Assembly (NCBI GenBank): GCA_951406725.2
Contig: OX597820.1
Location: forward strand, 70,184,001 to 70,248,000
DNA length: 64,000 nt
From: Octopus vulgaris
Taxonomy: Eukaryota
Direction of reading: 5' to 3'
Shown here: piece after piece, positions 27,210 through 41,980 of the stretch
How positions within the stretch are numbered: the stretch's first letter is position 1
How the letters are laid out: each line of letters opens with the position of its first letter
Made by a program: the position numbers and the translations under genes
The notes under the pieces: generated by a model
What the model saw: only the letters and a program-made list of their open reading frames with translations
Database searches by the model: none
Told to the model about the DNA's origin: nothing

Positions 27210-27704
27210 TTATAAAGAGAATACTCTCCATCAGGCATTTGCCATATTCTGAACGCCTTACTTCCCTGAGCATGGATACATTGAAACTCCGACGTCTAGC
27301 AGCTCACTTGGTAGACACCCATAAAATTATTAACCATCTTACAAACAGTAACTTTGAGCACCTTTTCAAACTCCACCTGTCGAACACCCGTTGACAGCTT
27401 TACAAAGTCAGAAAACAGCACAGCTCCCATGACTTTCGGAAACATTTTTTCACGCTATGAGTTGCTGAAGTATGGAACAAACTGCCGGCATCTGTTGTTA
27501 GTTGTCGGAGCGCTGCATCCTTCAAAACTTCCATGCTTCCTGAGATTCGCCAACACTACACCTGATTTTCTCCGCTCCATACACACGTAAGCATGTATCT
27601 GACTCATACACTGTTCATTTTCCAGACATTTGTACATTACTGTATATGCTTTATACGCACTTTTGGCAAGTTGTGGTGCACCTGAGCACTGTATACAATA
27701 ATTT

Positions 27705-27750
<46 letters not shown>
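27210..27750 (+). mobile_element. CR1-like LINE 3' fragment with (ATT)n tail
   Basis: HLPYSERLTSLSMDTLKLRRLAAHLVDTHKII. Same family as 63250-64000. Confidence 0.85.
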
Positions 27751-27753
<3 letters not shown>

Positions 27754-28610
27754 TGAAAATTTAAATTTTCTTAGCGAGAAACAAGGAAAATCCATGCTGA
27801 TTAATCAGATAAAAGGTTTACAGAGTACCTTGCCTATGAATACGGAAAATTATCTACAGGAATTATACCAAGTCGGAATTTGTACATAAATATATCAAGG
27901 TAAACCATGTGTCCTTGGACATACCTTTATGCTTACTAGAACACTCATTTCAGATTCTTCATCTTCATTACATGGATTTGTTATAAGAGATTTGTTACAA
28001 TTCTCCACGAGGAAATTGTGTCATTGCACCGTTATTGAAACTGATCGGCAGATGTCAAGTTGAAGGTGAATTTGATGTGGCATTTTCCCTTTAACTTTAT
28101 GAACACAACTAAGGGAATTTGTGGTGTGGCACTTTACGAGAGAAGACTTAATCGCAACATACTAACATTACAAAAATAAAAGATAATAAAGAAAAAAAAA
28201 CACTTGCTAATTACACAGTGCTTACGTGTGGCCTAGTCGTTAGAGCATTGCACTCACGGTCGCGTGATCGTTGTTTCGGATCCCAGATCGGGTGCTGCGT
28301 AGTGTTCTTGATCAAAACACTTCATGTCGCTTTCCTTTGTGATCACTTCGACATCTGATGTCTGATGCGTCATGCACCAATACAAGCAATGTCGATTTGA
28401 TGGAGAAAGTGAGCAAATGTATAGCATAAACATTTAACCACAAATCCCCTGTGCAATTTGTCGAACAAGAAATTACAGCGTCCCCATCTGTCGTCTACTC
28501 CAGGAGAACATACGACTCACGCTGCATGTTTTCTGTAGATACAGCTTTACAGTAAAATTGAATGGTCGCTACAAGTATAATTAGTGTCTTTCCGACTCTC
28601 ATCTTTTCAG

Positions 28611-28652
28611 CTAGAAAACGTGAAGTATCAGTTGCTAGAAACAGCCAAGTAG
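28611..28652 (+). CDS. candidate terminal coding exon of the PAS gene (LENVKYQLLETAK*)
   Basis: ctctcatcttttcag acceptor, stop TAG at 28650-28652, AATAAA at 28970-28975. Confidence 0.35.
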   Translation, partial: LENVKYQLLETAK

Positions 28653-30465
28653 ATGGGATACTGAACGTTTAGAAAGACTATAGGTGCGTGTTCATGGCCA
28701 ACATACTAGGTTCTCAACAGCTTAGCTTATCTAGCTCCACGTTGATATAATCCAGTTATGTGTTATAATCCAGTTAAGTAAGCAAATATCAGATGTATGA
28801 AGTCCACAAATATTTCATTTATTCGTTGTGAAGGATTACTGTTCTGTTAACAACGCATTTCTACATCGAATTATCACTACCACAGCAAAATCAAGTCAAC
28901 AATGAATGAAATTTTCCATAGATACACACAGATTGTGCCTCAGTAACATTGGTTTTAACAATTCAATGCAATAAAGTCAAGGGTTTTAAATTATATATAC
29001 TCTATCAATAACTAATTAATCATAATTAAAAAAGTAGTGATTAGTCTGATTTTAATTCCTGTCGTGGTTTGCCTTTCATCGTCTGAGGTTCGATAAAATA
29101 TAGTTGCAGTCAAGTAGTGGGGTCTGTATAATAAATTGTATCTTCTCCCATGAATTTCTGGCCTTCAGCCCAAGACAGGGGTAATATTTGTTCTAAAAAA
29201 AGAAAGTAAGTACACCCCGTGTCGTAGGACTCATAGGGCCGGTCACCCAAATTCCATGGAGTATAAATGGTCGAGATCACAACATTTTCTCTAAACGGGA
29301 CGTCAGTCTGTCGCATTGATTTATCATTTAGAGCTGTGTGAGATTGAACAAAGTGAAATGAAGTGTTTTGCTCAAGAACACAATGCACTGTCCAGTCCGG
29401 GAACACGAAACCACAATCTTCCGATCGTGATTGCAGCACTATAACCAGAAAGCCACGCGTCTTCCCTACAGACATGGTACTCCTATCACTATTTGGAAGA
29501 CAGCAACATAGATTCAACGTAAATCATTAAAATACATGATCCACTAATTACATGTAAACAAACAGAGCCAGTGAAATAAACGGTTTTAACAGTTTATTAT
29601 TATGAAATAATGGTTTCAAATTTTGGTGCCAGGTCAGCAACTTTAGGGGAGAAGGTAAGTCGATTATATCGACCCCAGTTCGAAACTGGTACGTGTACGA
29701 TTTTGAAGGGACGAAAGATAAAGTTGAAATCAGCGGAATTTAAACTTAAAGACGGGAGAAATGTTGCTAAGCTTTTTGTCCAACGTGGTAAAGATTCTGC
29801 CAGCTCACAGCCTTATTATAAAATGACCACTGTTTCTGCTATGGACACAAGGACTGATATTTCGAGGGGAGGGGGCAGTGGATTACATTTGACTCCAGTG
29901 CGCGACTGGTACTTATTTCATTGATCCTAAACCGGGACGAAAAGCAAAGTCGACTCGTCGGAATCTGAACTCAGATCGTAAATGCCGTTAAACATTTTTG
30001 TATGGCGTCGTAACGATTCCGCCAGTTAACTGCTTTCTTATTATGAAATCATAACAACTTATAACAACCTTCTTTAGTAGATTGACATCCCATCCTTATA
30101 CACGCGGCCATTCGCCATTTCATGCTGCAAGTTTAAGAAACATTCATAACTTGTTAATTGTTTCTTGCTTTATTTGGTTTTGTAATTACTATGTCCTGAT
30201 TCTGAAGTATCACTTAGTTGATTTGTCTGTGTAATTTCCTGTAATAGACTGTCTAATTTAGAATCTGCCTACCCAAGTGTTTTGCTGTTTCAAAAGCCTG
30301 TTTATAAATATGTTATTAAAATCTTAAGTGACTGTGTGGTAACGAGTTTGCTTCCCAACCACATGGTTTTAGGTTCAGTCCCACTGCGTGGCACCTTGGG
30401 CGAGTGTCTTCTATTATAGCCTCGGGCCGACTAATACTTTGAGAATGGATATAGCTGTGTGTATG

Positions 30466-30538
<73 letters not shown>

Positions 30539-31280
30539 CTGTCCATTTGTCCCTCATAACCGTTTGACAACTGGTGTTGGTGTTTTTACGTCCCCGTAAC
30601 ATATCGGTTGGGCAAAAGCGACTGATGGAATAAGTACCAGGCTTTAAAAAATAAAAGTACTGGTGTCGATTCATTCGACTGAAAATTCTTCAACGCGACG
30701 CCCCAGCATGACCGCAGTCAAATGAGTGAAAGCAAGTAAAAGATATCAGTGACAGTCGTAGACCGAGAGGTAGAGAGGGAGAGAGAGAAAAGAGTGAGTG
30801 AGAGCGAGAGAGGAGAGAGAGAGAGATGAAGGAGAGTTACAGTAAGCTTGTGGTTACTTGAGTGGACTTAGAAAATGTTTCAAACGAAATTTTTCATTCC
30901 TCTGCTATTCCTCTACCAAAATATTTCAGACGCTGATATTCTAATTTCAGATTCAAATTTCTAACAAGTCAAAGGATCAATAGATTTTATGCCAATGGAA
31001 CTATGAGAATCTCGTATGACATCAAGGATATCCTGCTTCAAGCCATTCTTTACCAAAGGCTTGTGAAAACTAAAATTTTTAGATTCGTTATATTTTTTTT
31101 TAAAGAAGTAAAATATAAAGATGGCTGAGGCTGTGTGGTAAGTAGCTTGCTTCCCAACTACATGATTTCGGGTTCGATCTCACTGCGTAGCACCTTGAGC
31201 AATTGTCTTCAACTATAGCCTCAGGCCGACCAAAACCTTGTGAGTGGATTTCGTAGACGGAAACTGAAACAAGCCCTGTC

Positions 31281-31349
<69 letters not shown>

Positions 31350-32238
31350 TGTCTGTGTTTTCCCCTCCAGCATTGCTTGTCAACCGATCTTGGTGTATTT
31401 ACGTCCCCGTAATTTAGCGATTTCGCAACAGAACCGATAGAATAAGCACTAGGCTTACAAAGAATAAGTCTAGAGGTCGAATACTTCGACTAAAAGGTGT
31501 GCTCCAGCATGGCCACCGTAAAAATTACTGAAACAAAAGTGAAAAAATGTTAGCAATAAACATCTTTTTAATATTTTCTTCGTTTCAGTCATTGAACTAC
31601 GACCAAGCTGGGGCACCAATTGGAAAGGTTTAGTTTTAAAAAAAATTTCAACCGTAGTACTTATTTAAAAAAAAATTGATACTTATTCTATCAGTCGTTT
31701 TTTCTGAGAATGCTCCGCTAGAGGGACATAAACACACCAACACCAACTGTCATGAACCAACTGTCATGTAACATACACATTACTGGCTTTCGCACGGTTT
31801 TCGTCAACAATGGTATTAGTTGGCATAAAACCAAAAAGGAAGAGACTTACACAAGGTGCCGCGCAGCGGAACCGAACCTGAAATCAAAAGTTTGCGAATT
31901 GAGCATGTTAACTACGCAGCCACAGCCATGCTTGCACCGATGCTACATTAATATAATATGAGAAGTATTTTACCACTGAGACACAGCAGAAACACTTGAG
32001 AAAACACATTAAAATTTAAAATGTAATCTAACTGTGTTACATATTTATTTCCTGTAGGAAGAAACATGTTTCAATGATTGAACAAAATGTGTTGTACGTG
32101 TTTTTGGTCATTTTGTTTGCTATTTTTTACTTTGGTGATGCCATTATTCAGTGGAGAATGACAATAGTCAGTCAACAGACAATTGCCATTCTTCAACTTG
32201 TTTCTAACCTTGTGCTAATGTTAATACAATATATATAT

Positions 32239-32398
<160 letters not shown>

Positions 32399-33263
32399 CA
32401 TATATATACACTAGCCTAAAAGTTGCCCGATAGGGCGGCCTTTAAGCTAGCTCCAATGGAGGACTCTTCATTAGACCTTAGGCCCATCAATGACACTTCA
32501 TGTATTGAGTACATATTAAATTTTGCTTTACTTGAACTATATTTTTCAAGCAATGAACACTTTTCATCAAAACAATGATGCAATTTGTCGACTTGGAACT
32601 TATTGCAAAGCTACATGATAAACAACAGTACCACCACCACATCTGTCATACACACACCATTCAGACTTCTGACGCCACCACCATCAATTCCTTTGACTTC
32701 GCCGAATTCCCCTCCCCCACCATCACAACTGTCTTTCACATCGCTCACTCTCATGCCTTGCCGCCTCGGCTACCACCACCACCACTACCATCATCACCGC
32801 CGCCTCCGCCTCTATCACAACTATAGCCCATACTATTACTATCACCCCATTACCACCACAAAAGGGCTAAATGTGTATTAGTTCAGCATCTTAGTTCAGT
32901 GTTCAGTCCCTCTTTCTCTCACATATCCACTCTTTCTCTCACTCTCTCTTATTATTACTCTCACAGCCACCATTTTAATAAAAACATCATCAACTCTCCC
33001 TAAATTTCTTTGTCTCTCTTACTCTTCCTCTCTTTTTCTTTCTTTTTTTCTCTCTCTCTCTCTCTCTCTCTCTGCCTTCGCCACCACCTTCAACGTCTTT
33101 GTGCCTACTATTACTCTCACCCCAACATGAGCAATAGCAGTAGTGTCAATGAATAGTATAGTAAGACAGAGGGTTCGAAGTGTCACACACTGACACACAG
33201 AAATTAGTTTCTGCATTTATGATATTATATTATATTATATTACATTATATATATATACATACA

Positions 33264-33340
<77 letters not shown>

Positions 33341-33485
33341 CATACATACATATGCATATATATGTGTCTGTGTCTGTGTCCCTGTGTGTGTATGTGTGTG
33401 TGTGTGTGTGAAATATAATGTGTCTTGAATGGCACAACAATGCAGAGTAGACTATAATAAGTTATAATTTAATTATCCATAATCT

Positions 33486-33530
33486 GATATAATAATATTT
33501 CGGAATATAAAAAATCCTTCTTCAGATATC
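33486..33530 (-). ncRNA. minimal type I hammerhead motif, same family as 40153
   Basis: Reverse complement reads GATAT-CTGAAGA-AGGATTTTTTATATTCC-GAAA-TATTA-TT-ATATC. Confidence 0.6.
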
Positions 33531-33858
33531 GCTAGGAATTGATATGTTAAATAAAATGAGACAACAAAACCAAGGCTGTGTGGAATTTATAGGACATTTA
33601 TAAAGGGAAAGGTAGCCTTACAGCCAAAAATAACAAATTATTTTTGACTCTCACTCAAAACCGATTCAGTTGTTTAACGTATAAAAAAGCCGTTTTCTCA
33701 TATTCCGATTCATACTTGAATGACAAAAATTTCATTGGTCCAGGATTTAGTTCAATACTAGCATCCTGGGAAGCCAGCAAAGCTGATAAACCAACTGTAA
33801 GAAGGAATAAAACAGAAATGTAATTTGTTTTATGAATTTTCTTGAACAGTTTGCTGTA

Positions 33859-34422
33859 TTGGGTTGTCCGGAAAGTTTGTGCCGATTTTTAAAAGAAAGA
33901 GGTCAATAAATACTTGCCATTACATTTTTAATCAACCAAATATGAACCATTTTGTTGCACACAATGCGTATCCATCTTTCCTTTAACTTGAAAATACCTT
34001 CTTCCCAGAATTGAGGTGGTTTCATGGCAAATAATTCATCAAGGTATCTTTTTGCGTCATCCAAGTAATTGAAATTTTTACCATTAGGACTATTCTGCAG
34101 AGACCTGAATAAGTGGAAATCCGAAGGAGCAATATCTGGTGAATATGGAGGGTGGGGTAACACGTCCCAGCCGAGCTGCAGCAATTTTTGTCTGGTTCCC
34201 AAAGCATCAAGTGCCAAAAATGAACTTTCTTATCTTCCATTTCAAAGGGTTACAGAATTAACACAGGTTATAGGAACATAAACGTTCTTCTACGAAAAGA
34301 TAGCTTAAACTGTGCTCTAAATGGAAGTGTAGTCAAATCCTATTTTATGGACTCAGCCATGTTCTAAAATAAATCGAAAGGTAAGCTACTATAAATCGGC
34401 ACGAACCTTCCGGACAGCCCAA
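33859..34422 (-). mobile_element. internally deleted mariner transposon
   Basis: TIRs TTGGGTTGTCCGGAAAGTT... / ...AACCTTCCGGACAGCCCAA with TA at both flanks. Transposase motif HPPYSPDIAPSDFHLF. Confidence 0.9.
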
Positions 34423-35376
34423 TAGTACACCATACAGTTCGAAGAGTCTTTGAGTAAAAGTGTATTTTCCCCTACTCTTCTTTTATCCTCTCTCCTTATG
34501 TCAAGCTATAAAGAATTCTGTTGGTAATAATTTCAAGGACAGCGAGGTAGCACAAGCGTTAGCACGCTGGACAAAATACTTAGTGGCAGTTTGTCCGTGC
34601 TTACTTACTGAATTCAAATGCCGCCGGGGTTGTGTTGTCGACTTTGCTTTTCATCCTTTCGGAGTCGATGGACCAAGTACTATTTGAGCACTGTGGTCGA
34701 TGTAACCCACTTAGCTCATTCTGCTGACCCTGTACCAAAATTTGAAACCAATAATTTCAAGATCAAAACAATGTCGTCATCGTGCTGAAACCTAGGATCT
34801 AAAGACTTCATATTATCACACTCTCAGTTGCAATGTTCGACTAGCTGCGAATGGTATCACAATTTTTGAAATATATTTATTACCATTAATATTTTACTCA
34901 TGGAAACTCATCTGGAAAGTTTATTCCGAATTAAAAGATACATTTCTAGCAATAGTAAACTGTCAACTTCTATTTACTTCAGGTCAACGAGAAGAGAATC
35001 TGTGCAGGCGCACGACCTGTTAGATATAGCAGCCACATTTCGTTCCAATCGCATCTTAAGCTGTTTAAACTAGGAAATACTAACGGACAAAATAAAACAT
35101 TGTTTTGTTCCTTTTTACAGTTGGTTTATCAGCCTTGCTGGTTTCGCACGATGCTAGTATTGAGCTAAATAAGATTTCGTGTGTAAAAACACATCGAGTC
35201 TTATTCCTAGAGATGTCCACAGATTACCAAACATACATCGAGCCGGGCTTTAAAAACATCAGCACACTATAAGAGAAGCTGTCTCTGTGTGACTTCGCCT
35301 CTTCAGTGGCAGAAGCATCCTCGGTCATTCGGAGCTGGCCGTAATTTTTGCTCCGTTGTACATAAAATAATAAAAA

Positions 35377-35426
<50 letters not shown>

Positions 35427-35926
35427 ACACACACAGAGGCATACATAGTTGTGTGAGGAGAGTTCATGAGTCAGAAACGGAGCACAATCAATGTAAGTAT
35501 ATAAATAATACAGTATCATAAGTTAAGTTCGATATCCTGCCAGGGTGTCATCAGACAGTTTCATACTAAATTAATTTCCCTAAGGATAGAACAATTAAGT
35601 AATCATGAGACACAGCTGCCCAGAAACGTATAAATTGGACTCTTTTGAATCTTCAATGTGAAAGAAGACATCTGGTCGGTCATTGGTTAGTGTAATGAAA
35701 ACAATAAAAAGAAATCTTGAGGCCTTCCATAGTTATATTCCTTGAATTAGTCTGTGTGGTGAGAGGTAAAGCTAAGCGTTGCCATTGCATGTGTGTAATG
35801 TAGTGAGGGAGGGTGAGAGGTAACGGGATAATGTGCGTGAGGGAAAACGAGAAACAAGAAGGAGTATTATGGTATGCCTGGGCAGATGAAGAAAAATGTA
35901 AAGGCACGGGATGAAATGAGGAGGAA

Positions 35927-35959
<33 letters not shown>

Positions 35960-37861
35960 AGAGAAAGAGATAGAGGAAACAGGGAGGAAGTTAGAGGAAG
36001 GAATAATAATAATAATAATAAACCCTACGAGTTGATCACAAAGAAGAAACCAGATAATAAGAGTGAGAGAATATAAGATGTACTGATAAGAAGGGATGAA
36101 TGGAACAAGAGATGGATGATATTCGAGAGGAAGAAAAGCCTATCACTGCTACTAGGCTGGAATCGATCAGTTAAACGTTCTTGTACAATGAGTTTGGAAA
36201 AATTCTCTGGGGAGTTTTGCTTCGGAGAAAAGTTTCTCTAAAAGTTTTCTGAGTAAAAACACACATCGAGCCGGGCTTTGAGAACGTCGGCACACTACTA
36301 GAGAAGCTGTCTCTGTGTGATTTCGCCTCTTCAGTGGCAGAAACATCCTCGGTCATTCGGAGCTAGGCCGTAATTTTTGTTCCGTTGTACGGAAAATAAA
36401 AAATATATTTGCTAGTGCGTACACAGCTTGCCGAATTGGAATTAATTTAGTGTAAGTATACGAAACAGCAAGAATCAAAATCAATTGGTATAGTTTTATT
36501 TTTAACAAGTTCTTGTACCCTAGAAAGTATTCGCCGCCGTATTTTGTTTTGGGGAAATTTTCTTTGTTAAAAACTTCGTGTGTATAAACACATCGAGTCC
36601 AATTCCTAGAGACGTCCACAGATTACCAAACACGATGTTTCGGTGCGTTTCACCAACTCAGTGGCAAGTACAGTACTGCCTTGGTAATTTCTCACAGCGC
36701 CACCTATAGCTAAACCATCTTATTTCTTCCCCTTCTATCAATCTATCAATCTGTTTGTCTGTCTCTCTACCCATCTATCTTACAAGTTAGCTCTCTTACT
36801 CTCTCCTATCACGTTAAGCAAGCGGTTTGGTTTTTTCCGTTGTTTTAGCCTCCATTTAGCTTCCATTTTAATAACATGTGCGTAATCGATTTTTTGACTC
36901 AAACATATTTCACTCTACAAAATAAATTATTCTATTGACACGAAAACATGAAAATATCTATGTACATTTTCTTTTCCCATATTTCTACAACACAAATTAT
37001 CTAACTGACTTATGAATACACACTTACATAGAAACAGTCAAATAGAGCTTGCCTAATTTGATATTGTGGAAGAAGATCTCTTATATTTGTTTCAATCTGT
37101 CGCTTAAAATATCATATCTTACATCTCAATCCCGTCCTACTACAACCAGCGATCACAAACTTCGTAATTTTTTTTATGATTATTACAGTATTGTACAAAG
37201 ACATCAGAAATGGCCTACGTTTTGTATGTCTTTCGAAAATAACATGTATTCCTATACATAACCAATTTCTGCTGTTATAAGTAATTTTTTTACTTTTTCA
37301 GTCATTTGACTGCGGCCATACTGGAGCACTGCCTTTTAGTTGAGCAAATCGACCCCAGGATTTATTCTTTGTAAGCCTAGTACTTATTCTCTCGGTATCT
37401 TTTGCCGAACCGCTAAGTTACGGGGACGTAAACACACTAGCATCTTGTCAAGCGATGTTGGGGGACAAACACAAACACACACACACACACACACAAAAAT
37501 ATATATATACATATATACGATGGGCTTCTTTCAGTTTCCGTCTACCAAATTCACTCACAGGTCTTTGGTCGGCCCGAGGCTAGAGTAGAAGACACTTGCC
37601 CAAGGTTTCACGCAGTGGGACTGAACCCGGAACCATGTGGTTGGTAAGTAAGCTACTTACCACACAGCCACTCCAGTCAGCGAACAATCTCTTGATTTTG
37701 AATATATCATAAACGATGAGGTGCCGAAAAGTTCCTGACTTTAAGGGTATCGTGAGAGGTCTGGTTGGAAGCCTAACCTTCCGAGTTCTTATACAGAGTT
37801 TAGAGACACTGAAGGACCGTTGCAATAAACGTGAGAATCTGAGATTGGAACACTCGGCCTC

Positions 37862-38734
37862 ATCAATAAGTATCAAGACTGTTGCTATAGTAACGAAGCT
37901 AAAGCACGGAGAGTGAAGCCGCTAGGCACAGATTGACCTTGAACTCTGTGCATGTGCATGTGGATGTGCATTAAGTTTTAACGTTCTAGCTCACTCCGGT
38001 TATTCACAACAGGAACGTTGTGTAAGGAACGTTGTGGAAGGAACGTGTGTAGCGTGTGATCGTCGAATTGACAATGACAGAGCGAGTTGAGCAGAGAATC
38101 TGCATCAAATTTTGCGAAAAGCTTGACGATACCTGCTCAGAGGCCTACGCAAAGTTTTCAAAAAGGTTTCACTGTTCTCGACACAATCAAGGAGATCATG
38201 TGCAACTGAAACCAGAGTGTCCTTTTTAGTTAGCTGAAAGTAGTTTTGGCATAAACATGGCAGACACGCGTCTCATACCCAAATCTTCAATGATAATGGA
38301 CTGAACTGAACTGTGACTAATCTGCACGTCTGATAACTCACGGATGGTGACTCGACGATTTTCTCACAGCTGTACGAATATCTGCGATGTTTTTGTCAGT
38401 TCTGCTGGTTACAAGTCTCCCAGAACGTTCATCAATGCCAATATTTTTTCGGCCATCTTGGAAACGTCTGAACTACTCGTACACTTATGTACAGCTCATA
38501 CACTCCTCTCCAAACACTTTCTGCAACTTTGCGTAGCCCTCTGAGCACATATCACCATGACAACTTTCTGTCATGGTCACTACAACGATTACACTCTACA
38601 CACCTCCCTTCCAAGCACTGCTGTAAACGGCGGTAGTGAGCTAGAACGTTAAAACTTAGTGCTCTTGAACAGCAGAGTACAAGGTAAATCTGTACCAAGC
38701 GGCTTTAATTCGGGTAAATATTGATCAGACCTCG
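37862..38734. mobile_element. second copy of the 12541 mariner derivative
   Basis: Colinear with 12541-13781 minus the SINE. Confidence 0.85.
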
Positions 38735-39487
38735 TATGTTGAATAAAATCATAATTAACTGATCCTCCTGTATTTTCTTTTACCCAAAGCCAAGAAATTA
38801 CTTTTCAATACCCACTGGAACACACACACACAAACACACACGCACACACACACACACATACACACACACACACTCATACACATACAAGGAGGAATATAGA
38901 CATTGAACGGATGGTAGTCGAACCAAGAAAGGTCAGGCCTGGCTGAACGCCGGTCACATGGAGAGAGAAGAGAGAGAGGTAGAGGCAGAGAGAAAGAAGA
39001 ATTAAGGAGGGGCGAAAAAAAATGAAAGAGACACAGTGAAGTGAAAGAGGGGGAACGAAAGAACGAAGAGTGTAATGAACGAATAAGTAAAAGGGCTGAT
39101 AGAAGCCGTAAGGCTTCACTTCCACACACACCAGCTTAATTAAATTCGTTCTTAGTCGAAAAACACTTGTTCTTATGTCCTGTTAATTGCATTTGTATTT
39201 GTGTAACATTTCTCTGTTTGTTTTTTTCGTACTGGTTTTCCTATACATTCCCTGCTTTCTTCCAAGGAATATAATGCTCTTAGCTTATTTTTTTCCTTGA
39301 GGCTGGCCAGATTGGAACAATCTCGAGTATAAACAGCCAAAATTGCAAAGATAATTTGGAACTCGACTGAGGATAGAAAACCCCAAATGACCCATCCTTG
39401 TTTTCCTTGTATAGTCCGCCTGGATATTTTGTCGTCCCTTTTTTGTATCACTTAACTGTCTGGATGTTTTGCGTTCTTGTACCATTT

Positions 39488-39790
39488 TGTATTTAGTAAC
39501 TGCAGAGCTCTCAAGAGTTCAGTGTAGGTATTCTCTTTTTCACTGAACTTCAGCTTTATGTTAACATTCCCTGGGCTGCTAATTTCCACAACTGAACACG
39601 GTTTCTCTTCTCTATCCCAAATCATTATATCAGGGCTGTTGTGCTTGCATTTTACTGAGGTCTTCACTGGGACATGCCACCAGTATTCTTTTATATTATG
39701 AATGGCTATGGCTTCTACCATACTGTGGGTTCTTATTTCTTTGTCCTCGGGATCATCCTTCCGACAGATTTCATTATAGAGTGTCCTAGC
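39488..39790 (-). mobile_element. RLE-type retrotransposon fragment starting at a (TACA)n array
   Basis: KEYWW.VPVKTSVKCKHNSPDIMIWDRE..C.VVEIS...KENTY.ELLR.LQLL. Confidence 0.75.
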
Positions 39791-40152
39791 TATGTATGTA
39801 TGTATGTATGTATGTATGTATGTATGTATGTATGTATGTATGTATGTATGCATGCATGTATGTATATATGAGTACATATGTATATATATATATGAGCCCA
39901 TGCATGTACACATATATTGCTATATGCATATTAGTATATATATATACACACACATATAAACCACAAACACTCTCATACATAGTTACATACATGCATACAC
40001 ATATATTTGAGATATGGCCGCCTCACGTACTTCTCGTGAGGAATTCCGGAAGGAGCTACCTGAGACCATTGCAGGGATGATTCCGAAAAAAAAAAAAGAA
40101 CTTCAGTAACCGTTAGAAAACCGATTATAGCAGTAACTCGATTAATTTCTAG

Positions 40153-40196
40153 TGATATCTGAAGAAGAAATTTTAATATTCCGAAATATTATATCA
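40153..40196 (+). ncRNA. minimal type I hammerhead motif, canonical core
   Basis: TGATAT-CTGAAGA-(imperfect stem II)-GAAA-TA-TT-ATATCA. Confidence 0.65.
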
Positions 40197-40721
40197 GACT
40201 ATGAATAATGAAATTATAACAGTTATCATTGTCCACTCTGCATTGTTGTTCTATTCAAGGCACCTTATATTTCACAAACAATACACAATGCTTCAAGCGA
40301 ACTTTAAAACTCTCTAGCCACTACACATTCTTCATTTTCCCTCCTTGTTTCTTTGTGTTCCTTTCTGTGGAAGAGCGTAGGCTCGAAAAGTTAACGATTT
40401 TCACTTCTCGAGCGTTAAACTAATTAGTGTTTGTGTACAATTTCTCCGTTTTTTTTTTCTGTCCTTGTTTTTCATATACATTCGCTGCTTTCTTCAAAGG
40501 AATCTAATGCTCTTAGCTTAGTCTTTCCTTGGGGCTGGCCAGATTGGAGCAATCTCGAGTATAATCAGCCGAAATTGCAAAGATTATCTGGAACTCAACT
40601 GAGGAAAGAAAGCTTCGAATGACCTGTCCGTGTTTTTCCTTGTCCCTTTTTTTGTATCATATAGTTGTCTGGATGTTTTGCGTTCTTGTCCCATTTTTGT
40701 ATTCCTTTTTATATACATACA

Positions 40722-40794
<73 letters not shown>

Positions 40795-41261
40795 TTCCTT
40801 TTTGATGAAACATTACAAATTGCTGTCTACATTAATTTTCTGTATACACATCAGCTATTCGCTAAATCATTCATAGGTTCCTATGATGAAAGCATAATCT
40901 GAGAGAGAATTGAGTCCGGAAAGCATAATCTGATAGAGAACTAAGTCCAGAATCAATCGAAGTCGTGCCATTCTTTATTGATGCGACAACGGAAATAGCC
41001 GAAACCGATTGTCAGTATAAGGAATTGGTGAACGCTGTTTTCTGACGATTACAGTTCCTGTCACTATATATGTATACAATTATTTGCTTTGACTGCAGCG
41101 ATAGACCATTTTAGCTCTTATTTCTAGCAATGTGGCTTTTTCCAATACCCTAGTCACATTTAGTGACCGACTATAGTTTTCTTTTTTGGTGAATTATTTG
41201 CAAACTGCTGTCCGTATTAATTTTCGATATACATACGTACTTACATATATACATACATACA

Positions 41262-41388
<127 letters not shown>

Positions 41389-41478
41389 GATTACAAATTT
41401 GGAGTTTTACCAATAGAACAGCAACTCCTATTTCAGGATAACCTTATAGTATGGAATACACATTGAAAGTTATATCCA

Positions 41479-41535
<57 letters not shown>

Positions 41536-41945
41536 TGATGATGATGATGATGATAAAATAATGTAAGCATTTAAAAAAAACCTACTATAAAATAAAATTA
41601 TTTGAAACACGTGTAGCGGTGATTAAAAATGTCTTCTTCCTCTACAGACTAATAACAGGTGAGTTACATATATATATTTTTCAAACAATTTTGTTGTGTT
41701 TTATAGTAGGTTTTATAAATGCTTGCATTATTTTATTATTATTATTATTTTATTGGATATAACTTTCTGTGTGTATTGCATACACATTTGAGGTTATCCT
41801 GAAATAGCAGTTGCAGTTCTATTGGTAAAATTCCAAAATTGTAATAATATTATAAATGATACTGTTTACATTGCATTAGTAAAGTGTAAAATGGTAAATG
41901 TCCTGATAACCTAGAATGCTTATAATTCCCTAAGATTTTAAAATA

Positions 41946-41980
<35 letters not shown>

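Noticed and set aside
27954-28063. Alternative downstream PAS-gene exons (also at 28539 and 30951)
   Set aside because: Acceptor-like sites exist, but the translations have no recognisable similarity, so they cannot be chosen without transcripts.
32410-33230. Helentron/DINE-like non-autonomous element
   Set aside because: The ACTAG...GCCCG start and ACACAG-rich end are suggestive, but there is only one copy here and the termini could not be verified.
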